NCBI GenBank assembly: GCA_051879975.1
Contig: JBJENB010000059.1
Span: forward strand, 1-40,067
Length of the DNA: 40,067 nt
Reading direction: 5' to 3'
From: Wujia sp.
GTDB lineage: Bacteria; Bacillota; Clostridia; Lachnospirales; Lachnospiraceae
Of the stretch, positions 26,953 through 37,478 are shown one piece after another. A program made the position numbers and the translations under genes. Positions within the stretch are counted from its first letter, which is position 1. The number at the start of each line of letters is the position of its first letter. The notes under the pieces are model-generated. The model was not told where the DNA came from and made no database searches. It was given only the letters and a program-made list of their open reading frames with translations.

Positions 26953-28431
26953 TTAATCTATCAGAGCATGTATCCTTGCGGCATCATATGTCACCTTAGT
27001 AAGATGGTCAACCTCAATTTGATATAGCGCGTTAGCAGCAATATGCTCAGCAACCTGCTCTACATCGCGAATACCGGAGGCTCCTGAACATAATTCGATA
27101 ACTGCCTCAAGACCATCATCGGTGATTTCTACTTCATCCTCACGCATACTCATACGCTTCAATATCTTCGGGAGTGCGAATTTGGAGAAGATAATTTTCT
27201 TCTCGTCATCTGTGTAATCCGGTATTTCGATAACTGCGAAACGAGACATAATAGGAGCACTTATTTGACTTTTATCGTTGGCAGTTGCTATTGGATACAC
27301 ACCGTCAGTTGGAATCATACATTCCATGTAGTTATCCGTGAAACCAAGATTATCAAGTAATGTAAGTAATACATCTGCCGGGTTTCCATTACCCTTGCCG
27401 GCATTAGCCTTATCAAGCTCATTTATTATGCAAACAAGCTTTGAACCGCCTGCCTGAGCAAAAGCCTCCATAATGATGCCGGGCTTAGCATTGGCATATA
27501 CTCTTGAGCTGCCGGTGAGCTGCTCCGGGTCGTTGATTGAACTCATATCAAGAGTTGTCCAAGGAAGCTTAAGGATACGAGCAACCGCATATGCTACCTG
27601 AGACTTACCTGTTCCGGCAGGACCTACAATGAGCATACCGTATGCGGGAAGCGTGTGCGTTCTGTTAATCTGAATAATAGTCTCTATAACACGTTGCTTT
27701 ACCTTTTCCATTCCATAGAGCTCCTCGTCGAGGATTCTTCTCGCCTCTATCGGGTCAATAGAAGTGAAATAGTTACTTTTCCAGTTAATACCAAGCATTA
27801 TAGAAAGTGCACGTTGAGCATGACGTCTTTCTTCCGGTGAAACCTCGTTCGATTTGGCTACTGCAAGATTTCTGCGTGCCCAAAGCTGTATGTTTTCAGG
27901 AAGTGTGTTTCCGGCACAGGAAATGAAGTCTGTAATTGTCTGGATGCTTGTAAGCTTCATACCATCTCCTGTCTCTTCAAGCTCATCTGCATCCTTTGGC
28001 TCTGCCGGAGGATCTGAAAGAAGAAGTCTTTCAATCATATATTGAAGAAAACCATCCTCGCTGGAAAGCTTTGTACCACCACCAAAGGCCTGTTCACGGA
28101 TTTTATATACTGCGTAGCCCTCTGCTGTGTATCCGCCTGAAAGTCGAACCTTGATGTGATTCTCACCAAGCCATTTTAACAGGCTTACAAATCTTGAATC
28201 AATTTTAATGATATCAGCAGAGGCTTTTGGCTCACCGTATTCAAAGCTGGTTCTTTTGATTGGATTTATAAACATTCCGTTGACATGATGGGCAAGAGCC
28301 CCGGTCTCCGCTGCTAAAATGAGAATGGGTTCCTCTATGGAATTCTCTGTATTGGTTGCCTGAAAGGTTGTATAAGTACATACTGCAGTAGACTTATCAC
28401 CCTCAGTTTTTGAAAAATCAAATACTGGCAT
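26953..28431 (-). CDS. Lon-like AAA+ ATPase lacking the protease domain
   Basis: ARRILDEELYGMEKVKQRVIE, GPAGTGKS, GSSRVYANAKPG, IINELDK, GNPADVLLTLLD, FTDNY, IATAN, SRF, SGIRD; ends right after the AAA module; start moved to ATG 28431 (SD AAGGAG; TG-TATAAT just upstream). Confidence 0.88.
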   Translation of the reverse strand: MPVFDFSKTEGDKSTAVCTYTTFQATNTENSIEEPILILAAETGALAHHVNGMFINPIKRTSFEYGEPKASADIIKIDSRFVSLLKWLGENHIKVRLSGGYTAEGYAVYKIREQAFGGGTKLSSEDGFLQYMIERLLLSDPPAEPKDADELEETGDGMKLTSIQTITDFISCAGNTLPENIQLWARRNLAVAKSNEVSPEERRHAQRALSIMLGINWKSNYFTSIDPIEARRILDEELYGMEKVKQRVIETIIQINRTHTLPAYGMLIVGPAGTGKSQVAYAVARILKLPWTTLDMSSINDPEQLTGSSRVYANAKPGIIMEAFAQAGGSKLVCIINELDKANAGKGNGNPADVLLTLLDNLGFTDNYMECMIPTDGVYPIATANDKSQISAPIMSRFAVIEIPDYTDDEKKIIFSKFALPKILKRMSMREDEVEITDDGLEAVIELCSGASGIRDVEQVAEHIAANALYQIEVDHLTKVTYDAARIHALID

Positions 28432-28647
28432 GGATATCTCCTTAATAAACATAATATACCAGAATTATATCACTAATCTCTTGCATATTCCATTTGTATT
28501 TTGCAAATTGTAAAAAATAATCTAAAACAAAGTAGAATAGCGGATTTTGTTTATTCATCAGATTATATTTAAATGCATAAAAAATGAATATAATATGAAA
28601 TTTTATGTATAATATTAAAGAATATTCAAAAATAATTAAATATCATA

Positions 28648-28676
28648 TTGCATAATCAAAATACTGGTTGTATAAT
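28648..28676 (+). promoter_or_regulatory. argCJB promoter, possible ArgR half-box at -35
   Basis: TTGCAT, 17 bp, TATAAT; several TGCATA/TGAATA half-sites in 28564-28700. Confidence 0.65.
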
Positions 28677-28756
28677 CGGGGATAGTTAAATAATGAATAG
28701 AAAAATGATACATTTGTTAGTATCGTGGTATGCAGCAAAAAGAAAGGATGACAAAG

Positions 28757-29800
28757 ATGGTTAAGGTTGGTATTATCGGTTCTACAGGATATGCAGGACA
28801 GGAGCTTGTAAGACTGCTTTTAGCTCACAAGGATGCAGAGATTGTATGGTATGGTTCCAGGAGCTACATAGATAAGAAATATTCAGATGTTTATGGCAAT
28901 ATGTTTCAGATAGTGGATGCTAAGTGCATGGATGACAATATGGAAGAGCTCAGCGAAATGGCGGATGTGATATTTACGGCTACTCCACAGGGACTTTGCG
29001 CATCCCTTGTAAATGAGGATATCCTGTCTAAGACAAAGATAGTTGACTTGTCGGCAGATTTCAGAATTAAGGATGTTGCTACCTATGAGAAATGGTACGG
29101 AATAGAGCACAAGAGCCCTGAGTTTATACCGGAGGCGGTATATGGCCTCTGCGAGATTAACAGAGAGGATATAAAGGGAGCAAGACTGATTGCAAATCCC
29201 GGCTGCTATACAACCTGTTCCATCCTTTCGTTATATCCATTGGTCAAGGAGAGACTTGTGGATGTAAACACAATAATAGTTGATGCAAAGTCAGGAACCT
29301 CCGGAGCCGGCAGAGGTGCCAAGGTGGCAAACCTTTTCTGTGAGGTAAACGAGAGCATCAAGGCATACGGGGTATCAACCCACAGACACACTCCTGAGAT
29401 AGAGGAGCAGCTTGGATATGCCTATGACGGAAATCCTCTTACAATCAACTTTACCCCTCATCTCGTTCCTATGAACAGAGGTATTCTTGTAACAGCCTAT
29501 GCAACGCTGACAAAGGATGTTGACTATGAAGCAGTAAAGGCTGTATATGATAAATATTATGGTAAGGAAACCTTTGTAAGGGTTCTTAACAAGGGTGTAT
29601 GTCCTGAGACAAGATGGGTTGAGGGCAGCAACTATGTGGATGTGAATTTCGTGGTGGATCATAGAACAAACCGCGTAATCGTGATGGGTGCCATGGATAA
29701 TCTGGTGAAGGGAGCAGCCGGTCAGGCAGTTCAAAACATGAACCTGATTATGGGACTTCCGGAGACAGAGGGTCTTATGATGCCGCCAATGTTTCCATAG
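28757..29800 (+). CDS. argC: N-acetyl-gamma-glutamyl-phosphate reductase
   Basis: VGIIGSTGYAG, DLSADFR, IANPGCY, SGTSGAGR, HRHTPEI, DNLVKGAAGQAVQNMN; start ATG 28757 (SD AAAGGA). Confidence 0.98.
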   Translation: MVKVGIIGSTGYAGQELVRLLLAHKDAEIVWYGSRSYIDKKYSDVYGNMFQIVDAKCMDDNMEELSEMADVIFTATPQGLCASLVNEDILSKTKIVDLSADFRIKDVATYEKWYGIEHKSPEFIPEAVYGLCEINREDIKGARLIANPGCYTTCSILSLYPLVKERLVDVNTIIVDAKSGTSGAGRGAKVANLFCEVNESIKAYGVSTHRHTPEIEEQLGYAYDGNPLTINFTPHLVPMNRGILVTAYATLTKDVDYEAVKAVYDKYYGKETFVRVLNKGVCPETRWVEGSNYVDVNFVVDHRTNRVIVMGAMDNLVKGAAGQAVQNMNLIMGLPETEGLMMPPMFP

Positions 29801-29931
29801 TAATAAATAATATACGATAGCTTTGTTGAAGTGCAAACAATGTACGCGTGGGATAATATGTATTATGTAGAATAGCTCGAAGCATATATTTCAATTGCGT
29901 ATAATATTTGGAAATAGAAAGGACAGATGAT

Positions 29932-31155
29932 ATGAAGATAATTGATGGCGGTGTTAATGCACCGATTGGTTTTCAGGCAGCAGGTATTGAGGCAGGAATA
30001 AAGTATCAGAACAGGAAGGACATGGCAATTGTTTATTCTGAGAAGCCATGTGTACTTGCCGCAACATTTACTTCTAACCTGGTAAAGGCGGCACCGGTAA
30101 AATGGGATAAGGAAATCGTTGATCATTCACCTTTTGGACAGGCGGTTATTGTCAATACCGGTATAGCAAATGCAGGTACCGGCAAGGAGGGAATGGCATA
30201 TTGTGAGGAGACGGCTAAGGAAGCCGCAAAGGTTCTCGGTATCCCTGAAAATGCAGTTCTGGTGGGTTCAACAGGTGTAATTGGTGCACAGCTTCCTATA
30301 GATAGGGTAAAGGCAGGTGTTCACAAGCTTGCAGAGGCAAAGTCACATGACCGTCAGGCCGGAACAGATGCTTCGAAGGCAATAATGACCACTGATACAG
30401 TGAACAAGGAGCTGGCAGTTGAGATAGAGATAGGAGGTAAGACGGTTACTCTTGGCTCTATGGCGAAGGGCTCAGGTATGATACATCCAAATATGTGTAC
30501 AATGCTTGGATATGTGACTACGGACGCCAATATTGGCAAGGAAACTCTGACAAAGCTTTTGAAGGAGGATGTGGTAGATACCTATAACATGATTTCTGTG
30601 GACGGAGATACCTCTACAAATGATACCCTGATTATCATGGCAAATGGTATGGCGGAGAATCCGGAGATAGTTGAGGGAACAGCTGAATATGAGGAGTTCA
30701 AGGAAGCACTTCATTATATAAATGAAACACAGGCTAAGCGTCTTGCCGGAGATGGTGAAGGTGCCAATGCTCTGATTGAGTGTAAGGTCATCAATGCGGA
30801 TACAAAGGAAAGTGCCAGAACTCTTGCAAAATCCGTAATATGCTCATCCCTTACCAAGGCAGCGGTTTTCGGAAGGGATGCAAACTGGGGAAGAATTTTA
30901 TGTGCGCTTGGTTATTCCGGAGCACAGTTTGACCCGGATCATATGGAGCTTTACTACCAGGGAGCTACCAAGAGCATGCTCATTTATAAGGATGGAATGG
31001 GTGTTGACTACTCTGAAGAAGAGGCAAGTGAGCTTCTGGGAGAAAAAGAGGTCAGATTCCTGGTTGATGTAAAAATGGGTGATGAAAATGCAACAGCCTG
31101 GGGCTGTGATCTCACCTTTGATTATGTTAAAATAAATGCGGATTATCGTTCATAG
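29932..31155 (+). CDS. argJ: Ornithine acetyltransferase / N-acetylglutamate synthase
   Basis: [58 protein letters not shown]; start ATG 29932. Confidence 0.98.
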   Translation: MKIIDGGVNAPIGFQAAGIEAGIKYQNRKDMAIVYSEKPCVLAATFTSNLVKAAPVKWDKEIVDHSPFGQAVIVNTGIANAGTGKEGMAYCEETAKEAAKVLGIPENAVLVGSTGVIGAQLPIDRVKAGVHKLAEAKSHDRQAGTDASKAIMTTDTVNKELAVEIEIGGKTVTLGSMAKGSGMIHPNMCTMLGYVTTDANIGKETLTKLLKEDVVDTYNMISVDGDTSTNDTLIIMANGMAENPEIVEGTAEYEEFKEALHYINETQAKRLAGDGEGANALIECKVINADTKESARTLAKSVICSSLTKAAVFGRDANWGRILCALGYSGAQFDPDHMELYYQGATKSMLIYKDGMGVDYSEEEASELLGEKEVRFLVDVKMGDENATAWGCDLTFDYVKINADYRS

Positions 31156-31169
31156 AAAGGGAAAAAATA

Positions 31170-32060
31170 ATGGTAAATAATGATTCAATGGATTTGATGC
31201 TCACAAAGGCGCAGACACTTATAGAGGCATTGCCATATATTCAGAAGTTTAACGGAAAGAAGATAGTTGTCAAGTATGGCGGAAGTGCCATGATAGATGA
31301 GAATTTGAAATATAATGTAATAAGGGATGTTGCACTTCTTAAGCTTGTAGGACTTGAGCCGATTATCGTGCATGGCGGTGGAAAGGAAATAAGCGCATGG
31401 TTAAAGAAAATTGGCAAGGAGTCTGAATTTATCAACGGACTTCGTGTCACTGATGAGGAAACGCTGGAGGTGGCAGAGATGGTTCTTTCCAAGGTAAACA
31501 AGAGCCTTGTGGCTATGATGCAACAGCTTGGACTTAAAGCGGTGGGTCTTAGCGGAAAGGATGCAGGCTTACTTAGAACTAAGAAGAAATTAAGTGGTGG
31601 AAAGGATATCGGATACGTAGGTGAGGTTGTTTCCTCAGACAGCAGTATTCTTGACACTCTTATAGACAATGATTTTATTCCTGTAATTGCGCCAATCGGT
31701 CTCGGCTTAGAGGACAATCATGGCTATAACATAAATGCAGATGATGCGGCATGTGCCATCGCTACGGCTGTTAAAGCTGAGAAGCTGGTATTCTTAACAG
31801 ATATTGAAGGTGTTTTCGTAGATCCTACAGATAAGTCAACACTCATATCGGAGATGACGATAAATGAGGCACAGGAATTTATTGACAATGGAGTTGTAGG
31901 TGGGGGAATGCTTCCAAAGCTTACCAATTGTATTGAGGCAATGAAAAATGGCGTTTCAAGGGTACATATGCTCGATGGAAGAGTGGAGCATTGTCTGCTT
32001 CTTGAGTGCTTTACTGAGAAGGGTATCGGAACGGCAATTCTCCGTGAACCGTTGTTCTAA
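31170..32060 (+). CDS. argB: Acetylglutamate kinase
   Basis: [36 protein letters not shown]. Confidence 0.98.
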   Translation: MVNNDSMDLMLTKAQTLIEALPYIQKFNGKKIVVKYGGSAMIDENLKYNVIRDVALLKLVGLEPIIVHGGGKEISAWLKKIGKESEFINGLRVTDEETLEVAEMVLSKVNKSLVAMMQQLGLKAVGLSGKDAGLLRTKKKLSGGKDIGYVGEVVSSDSSILDTLIDNDFIPVIAPIGLGLEDNHGYNINADDAACAIATAVKAEKLVFLTDIEGVFVDPTDKSTLISEMTINEAQEFIDNGVVGGGMLPKLTNCIEAMKNGVSRVHMLDGRVEHCLLLECFTEKGIGTAILREPLF

Positions 32061-32171
32061 TCGGTGCAGCGAACACTGGGTAAGGGCGTTTTCAAGTGAA
32101 ACTCTTTACTCAAGAAAGTATAAACTTTGCTGAACAACACATACTAATTAAAAATTTAAAGGAGAAATAGT

Positions 32172-32609
32172 ATGTGGGGATTGGTGATTGCACTTATCTC
32201 AGGTGCACTTATGAGTGTTCAGGGAGTATTTAATACAGGAGTTACAAAGCAGACCTCAACCTGGCTGGCGTCAGCATGGGTTGCACTTTCGGGATTTATA
32301 GTTGCAATATTGTTGTGGTTTGTTTTAGAAAGAGAAAAGGCATCAATCGCATCTCTTGTTCAGATAGAGCATAAATACATGCTGTTGGGAGGAGTGTTTG
32401 GTGCTTTTATCACATGGACTGTAATAAAAAGTATGGAGAATCTTGGACCGGCAAAGGCTGTGCTCATTATTGTAATATCTCAGCTTATAGTTGCCTACCT
32501 GATAGAGCTTTTTGGATGGTTTGGAGTTGAGAAGGTCAACTTTGATTGGAAGAAGCTGGTGGGAATCCTGATTTCAATTGCCGGTTTCATATTGTTCAAA
32601 TGGGAATGA
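32172..32609 (+). CDS. DMT family transporter (YdcZ/DUF606-like)
   Basis: 145 aa, 5 TM; SGALMSVQGVFN, LLGGVFG, SQL....IELFGWFG. Confidence 0.85.
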   Translation: MWGLVIALISGALMSVQGVFNTGVTKQTSTWLASAWVALSGFIVAILLWFVLEREKASIASLVQIEHKYMLLGGVFGAFITWTVIKSMENLGPAKAVLIIVISQLIVAYLIELFGWFGVEKVNFDWKKLVGILISIAGFILFKWE

Positions 32610-32708
32610 AGAATTTAATTAAGCTATTGTAATATTGCTCCAAGTTAGGTACAATAATTCTGTGTTTGTTGAGCATTATGAAATACTTTTGAATGAGAGG
32701 TATTTCTT

Positions 32709-33320
32709 ATGCGTAGTTTAAAATTTTTATTTTGTGTATTGATGTGTATTGCTTTTTTTCTTGGTTCCTGTGGGAGAAAGGCGGAGATTATTGAACAGTC
32801 TGATATATCTTCAAATCAGGAGATAACCACCGCTGCTTCGGAGCAGGAAACCACCGCTATCTCTTTGGATGAGGATAAGGATTTATGGGCGGTATATGTA
32901 TGTGGTGCTGTTGTTGAGCCGGGAGTGTACTATCTTAAGCCGGGGGCAATCAAACAGGAAGCACTTGACGCGGCGGGAGGATTTGATGAAGGTGCAGCCT
33001 GCTTCTACGTCAATCTGGCTCAGGAGATAGCTGACGGCGAGCGGATTTATTTTCCATATGAGGAGGAGTTGACCGGAGACATGGCGTCATTATATGGAGA
33101 AGGTGATAGCTCCCGGCAGGACAAGGGTAAGATTAACATCAATACAGCGGATGAAGCTTTGTTGATGACGTTGCCTGGCATTGGAGAGACAAGAGCTAAG
33201 GCAATAGTTACATATAGGGAAGAGCATGGTGCTTTTGAGCGTATTGAAGATATCTGTAATGTCAGTGGAATAAAAGAAGCTACATTTAATAACATAAAGG
33301 AATATATAGTTGTAGATTGA
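32709..33320 (+). CDS. comEA: Competence DNA receptor ComEA (SLBB + helix-hairpin-helix)
   Basis: VYVCGAVVEPGVY, AAGGF, VNLAQEIADGERI, KININTA..LMTLPGIGETRAKAIVTYRE.HGAF..IED..NVSGI. Confidence 0.93.
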   Translation: MRSLKFLFCVLMCIAFFLGSCGRKAEIIEQSDISSNQEITTAASEQETTAISLDEDKDLWAVYVCGAVVEPGVYYLKPGAIKQEALDAAGGFDEGAACFYVNLAQEIADGERIYFPYEEELTGDMASLYGEGDSSRQDKGKININTADEALLMTLPGIGETRAKAIVTYREEHGAFERIEDICNVSGIKEATFNNIKEYIVVD

Positions 33321-33330
33321 GGTGCTTAAA

Positions 33331-34017
33331 ATGAAAAAAATCTTAGTAGTTGATGATGAAAAATCAATTGTAAAGGGAATAAAATTCAGTCTGGAACAGG
33401 ATGACATGATTGTTGATGTTGCCTATGATGGTGAAGAGGCATATGAGAAGGCGAAGCTAAATAACTATGATATGATATTGTTGGATATAATGCTTCCGGG
33501 ACATACGGGTCTTGAGGTTTGTCAAATGATTAGGGAATTTTCAGATGTGCCAATCATTATGCTTACTGCCAAGGGCGAGGATATGGATAAAATACTTGGT
33601 CTTGAGTATGGTGCGGACGATTATATAACGAAGCCATTTAATATACTTGAGGTAAAGGCAAGAATTAAGGCTATTTTTAGAAGAAACGGAAAGAATACCT
33701 CTGATAAGCCGGATTCAAAGACTATTGAGACTAAGGGACTTAAGATAGATGTAGATGGAAGAAGAGTATATATTGAGGGCAAGGAGGTCAATCTCACTGC
33801 CAAGGAATTTGATCTGGTCTATCTGCTTGTATCGAATCCGAACAAGGTATATTCGAGAGAACAGCTTTTGAAGACCATCTGGGGAGCTTCCTATCCGGGA
33901 GATGCCAGAACAGTTGATGTGCATGTAAGACGTCTCAGAGAGAAGATTGAAACTACTCCTGCTGATCCGAAATACATACACACCAAGTGGGGTGTTGGTT
34001 ATTATTTCCATGAGTAA
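33331..34017 (+). CDS. OmpR/PhoB family response regulator (WalR-like)
   Basis: ILVVDDE, LLDIMLP, PIIMLTAK, GADDYITKPF, RTVDVHVRRLREKIE, GVGYYF; start ATG 33331 or GTG 33322. Confidence 0.95.
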   Translation: MKKILVVDDEKSIVKGIKFSLEQDDMIVDVAYDGEEAYEKAKLNNYDMILLDIMLPGHTGLEVCQMIREFSDVPIIMLTAKGEDMDKILGLEYGADDYITKPFNILEVKARIKAIFRRNGKNTSDKPDSKTIETKGLKIDVDGRRVYIEGKEVNLTAKEFDLVYLLVSNPNKVYSREQLLKTIWGASYPGDARTVDVHVRRLREKIETTPADPKYIHTKWGVGYYFHE

Positions 34018-34991
34018 TGGTTGATTGCTGTTAGTAATTCGTTCTTTATATTATCATCCGCGAAGGAGATTTCTACACTGTTTTGGTACAGTGTAAGTAA
34101 ATCTTCTTCGTGAATTCCATGTTTTTCACAAACGGTTTCCAATTCCTTTGTTATAGTTGTGTTGCTTACGGTTCGGTTGTCCGTATTCACCGTTGCAAGC
34201 AGATGATTGTCAAGGAAGTATCTGAGAGGATAAGGTTCCTCCGGTGCTACGGCTCTTGTCTGAAAGTTAGAGGTTGGGCAAAGCTCAAGACCTAGTCCTT
34301 TTCTGCGACAATCCGATAATAGCTCCGGCGCTTTCACCAAAGCGATTCCATGTCCTACACGACTTGCACCGGAATCTAAGGCATATTTTACATTTTCCAC
34401 GCTATGACATTCACCTGAATGAATGGTAAAAGGCATACCTATTCTTACAGCTTCTGTAAACAGATAGTCAAAGCCTTTGTTTGGAAATGCTGCCTCATCC
34501 CCGGCAAGGTCTAAGGCACATAGACCACTCCCCAGAAATTCCCGTGCATTTTTCAAAACTGCAAGATTTTGTTCAATAGAGTGATGTCGCATGGCGCATG
34601 CAATAATATTAGAATCAATGCCAAGCTTTTCCTTTCCTATACGGCAACCTTCTATGGCAGCCTCGTATATATCTTTATAGGTTAGGCTTGAATTCAGACT
34701 ACAGGTAGGGGCAAAACGAAGCTCCATATAGAGTACATTTTCCGCTGCTGCGCCGGTTAAAACATCTAATACTCCCGCCGTAATATGCTCTCTGGAGTCA
34801 AGACAGCTTATTGGAATATCAAAACGTGTCAGGTATTCTGCCAGGTCATAGCAAAGCTCAGGAGCCTGAAGCATGTTTAAAAGCTCCTCGTCGGACTGCT
34901 CCGGATGAAGGGTATTGCGCACATAGGCAGTGCTGAAGGAACCGTCCAGATGACAGTGTAAATCAATTTTGGGAAGCTTGCTGATATCCAT
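34002..34991 (-). CDS. add: Adenosine deaminase
   Basis: LPKIDLHCHLDGS, ELRFAP, DLAGDE, HSGE, RVGHG, CPTSN, VNTDN; SD AAGGAGG. Confidence 0.93.
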   Translation of the reverse strand: MDISKLPKIDLHCHLDGSFSTAYVRNTLHPEQSDEELLNMLQAPELCYDLAEYLTRFDIPISCLDSREHITAGVLDVLTGAAAENVLYMELRFAPTCSLNSSLTYKDIYEAAIEGCRIGKEKLGIDSNIIACAMRHHSIEQNLAVLKNAREFLGSGLCALDLAGDEAAFPNKGFDYLFTEAVRIGMPFTIHSGECHSVENVKYALDSGASRVGHGIALVKAPELLSDCRRKGLGLELCPTSNFQTRAVAPEEPYPLRYFLDNHLLATVNTDNRTVSNTTITKELETVCEKHGIHEEDLLTLYQNSVEISFADDNIKNELLTAINHYSWK

Positions 34992-35038
34992 AAAATACCC
35001 TCCTTATATTCTGAAATATATAAAAAATCTATATGTAT

Positions 35039-35067
35039 ATTTTATCAATAAATGGTTGTATATACAA
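35039..35067 (-). promoter_or_regulatory. add promoter
   Basis: Minus strand TTGTAT, 17 bp, TAAAAT with TG extension. Confidence 0.6.
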
Positions 35068-35098
35068 GGCTTATTCCCCGATGCTGCGCTCCTTTTGC

Positions 35099-35127
35099 TT
35101 GAAGGTATAAGCTTAATATGGTATTAT
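35099..35127 (+). promoter_or_regulatory. Promoter for histidine kinase-GerMN-comEC
   Basis: TTGAAG, 17 bp, TATTAT with TG extension. Confidence 0.55.
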
Positions 35128-35162
35128 TATCACAGATTTAAAAAGAAAAGGAACACCAAATT

Positions 35163-36581
35163 ATGAAGCTAAAAAAGCTTAGTGGCTTTGAGGTAAGTCT
35201 CAGGGGCTTTATAACCTTGATGATTATTCTGGTAAGTGCACTTGTGCTGATCGTATACTCTAAGGCATCGGGGAAAATGTATCAGAATAAATATAAGGAA
35301 GAGCTTATAGACAATGTTGAGATGCAGTGCGAGATACTTACCCATGAGCTTATCAGAAATGATTTTAATATATATGGCATCAAAAATTTAAGTACGGACA
35401 TTGATACGATTGCAACATTTTTCTCGGGACGTGTACTGGTTGTGGATAAAAATTATCGAGTTATTAAGGACACCTTTACCGAGTGTGAGAACTCCTATAT
35501 CATAAATGAGGATGTAATCAAAACCATGAATGGCACAAAGGCACTCGTGAAGGAAAATGATGGTTTTATCCAATATATGAAATCCATTAAACAGGATGAT
35601 GGAAACAGTGGAGTTATAATCATAATTGCCTCAACAGCGGGGATTAAGAATATTGACAGACAGCTCTCCCAGAGCAATGTTGTAATATATGCATTGATAA
35701 TTCTGCTTTGTGTGATCACTGCACTTATAGTGAGTGGTGCCAGTGTAAGAGGAATAAAGTTTATCAATAAGCAGATGGAAATTGCAGGAGATGGTCATTT
35801 TGACAATCCTATACCGGAGAAGGGCTTCAAGGAATTTAGAACCATGACTGAGAAGTACAATGCTTCTATAGAAAAATTGAAGGTCATCGACTCCACTAGG
35901 CAGGAATTTGTGTCAAATGTCTCTCATGAGCTTAAAACACCTATTACCTCGATGAAAGTATTGGCTGATTCATTGGTACAGAATGAGGAAGCGGATCTTG
36001 ACATGTACAAGGAATTCATGACTGATATTGTAGCAGAGATTGACAGAGAAACAAAGATTATCAATGATTTGCTGACCCTTGTTAAGATGGACAAGCAATC
36101 TGCGGAAATGAATATTGAAGAGGTAGATATCAATGCCCTGCTTGAGATTATTTTAAGGAGGGTTGCCCCTATTGCCCAGACGAGAGGAATCGAGATAAAC
36201 TATGAGAGCTATCGAGAGGTAATTGCCCAAGTAGATGAAGTTAAGATGAGCCTGGCATTGACGAATATAATTGAAAATGCTGTAAAGTATAATGTGGACA
36301 ATGGATGGATTAAGGTAACACTCAATGCCGACCATAAGAATTTCCATGTTAAGGTTGCCGATTCCGGCGTGGGTATACCTGATGATTGCAAGGATCAGGT
36401 GTTTGAAAGATTTTATAGAGTGGACAAGGCAAGAAGCAGGGATACCGGAGGAACCGGACTGGGACTGGCCATTACCAAAAATGTTATTCTAATGCATAAG
36501 GGAACCATAAAGCTCTATAGCGAATCAGGAGAAGGAACGACATTTACCATTAAGGTGCCACTTAAGTATTCGGAGAATTAG
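35163..36581 (+). CDS. Sensor histidine kinase (2 TM, HAMP, HisKA, HATPase)
   Basis: FVSNVSHELKTP, NIIENAVKY, DSGVGI, FERFYRVDKARSR..GGTGLGL. Confidence 0.96.
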   Translation: MKLKKLSGFEVSLRGFITLMIILVSALVLIVYSKASGKMYQNKYKEELIDNVEMQCEILTHELIRNDFNIYGIKNLSTDIDTIATFFSGRVLVVDKNYRVIKDTFTECENSYIINEDVIKTMNGTKALVKENDGFIQYMKSIKQDDGNSGVIIIIASTAGIKNIDRQLSQSNVVIYALIILLCVITALIVSGASVRGIKFINKQMEIAGDGHFDNPIPEKGFKEFRTMTEKYNASIEKLKVIDSTRQEFVSNVSHELKTPITSMKVLADSLVQNEEADLDMYKEFMTDIVAEIDRETKIINDLLTLVKMDKQSAEMNIEEVDINALLEIILRRVAPIAQTRGIEINYESYREVIAQVDEVKMSLALTNIIENAVKYNVDNGWIKVTLNADHKNFHVKVADSGVGIPDDCKDQVFERFYRVDKARSRDTGGTGLGLAITKNVILMHKGTIKLYSESGEGTTFTIKVPLKYSEN

Positions 36582-36585
36582 AGAT

Positions 36586-37461
36586 ATGAAGAAGTTCGTT
36601 ACAATAATATTATCTATAGCCCTGGTTATGTCCCTGGCTGCTTGCGGAAAGAAAGAAGAAAAAACGGTGCTTTCGTACAGTCCGGGGGAAAGCTTGATAT
36701 GCATTTATTATCCTCAGGGAAATGAAGTGCTTTGCAGGGAGGAAAAATATCAGTTAAAACAGCCGGATTCTGTAAATGCATCCGTTGAAGAGGTTATGTC
36801 CATTTTGGCAGAGAATATAGATAACGGAATGGAATATAAAACCTATATGATATCAGAAGATGGAGAGCTTTCGCTGGAATTTCAAAGAACAGGTGAGTGT
36901 TCAGATGAGTATGAATTGCTTACCAAGGCAGCAGTAGTACAAACTCTGCTTCAAATAAATGATATCAAGAATATCATAATTGAGGTTTCAGACCAGGAAG
37001 GTGTGAGTTTATCAGAAAATAGGTATAACAGAAATTCCTTTTTCTTTTATGGATATGATTCGGAAATGGAACTCAATACCACAACCTTAAGATTGTATTA
37101 TGCCGACGAGAGTGGAGAAAAGCTTACATCCTCGTATTACACCTTTAAAAATCAGATTGATATCTCAATACCGGAACAGGTTATTGAAGAGCTTGTAAAT
37201 ATGGGAGCCTTGCCAAAGGGAACAAAGGTGGAAAATTTATCTATTAATTCGGGAGTGTGTTATCTACAGTTAAGTGATAACTTTAAAAAATCAATTAATG
37301 GTGTTAAAAGTGAGGTAGTGCTTTATTCGGTTGTCAATTCATTGGTGTCGATATCCGGTATAGATTCTGTAAAGCTGTCCTTTGAATCAGGTGACAACCT
37401 TTATATGGGAAAATATGATATTTCAATCCCGCTGTTTATGAATGTAGATATTGTAGAATAG
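36586..37461 (+). CDS. GerMN domain lipoprotein (two GerMN-like domains)
   Basis: Lipobox LAAC; AAVVQTLLQI..I; LRLYYAD, LPKGTKV, GVCYLQLS, YSVVNSL..ISGIDSV. Confidence 0.85.
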   Translation: MKKFVTIILSIALVMSLAACGKKEEKTVLSYSPGESLICIYYPQGNEVLCREEKYQLKQPDSVNASVEEVMSILAENIDNGMEYKTYMISEDGELSLEFQRTGECSDEYELLTKAAVVQTLLQINDIKNIIIEVSDQEGVSLSENRYNRNSFFFYGYDSEMELNTTTLRLYYADESGEKLTSSYYTFKNQIDISIPEQVIEELVNMGALPKGTKVENLSINSGVCYLQLSDNFKKSINGVKSEVVLYSVVNSLVSISGIDSVKLSFESGDNLYMGKYDISIPLFMNVDIVE

Positions 37462-37478
37462 TTTGAGATAGGAGAAAA

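Noticed and set aside
34992-35040. Purine riboswitch upstream of add
   Set aside because: Leader is only about 40 nt, AT-rich, without aptamer motifs
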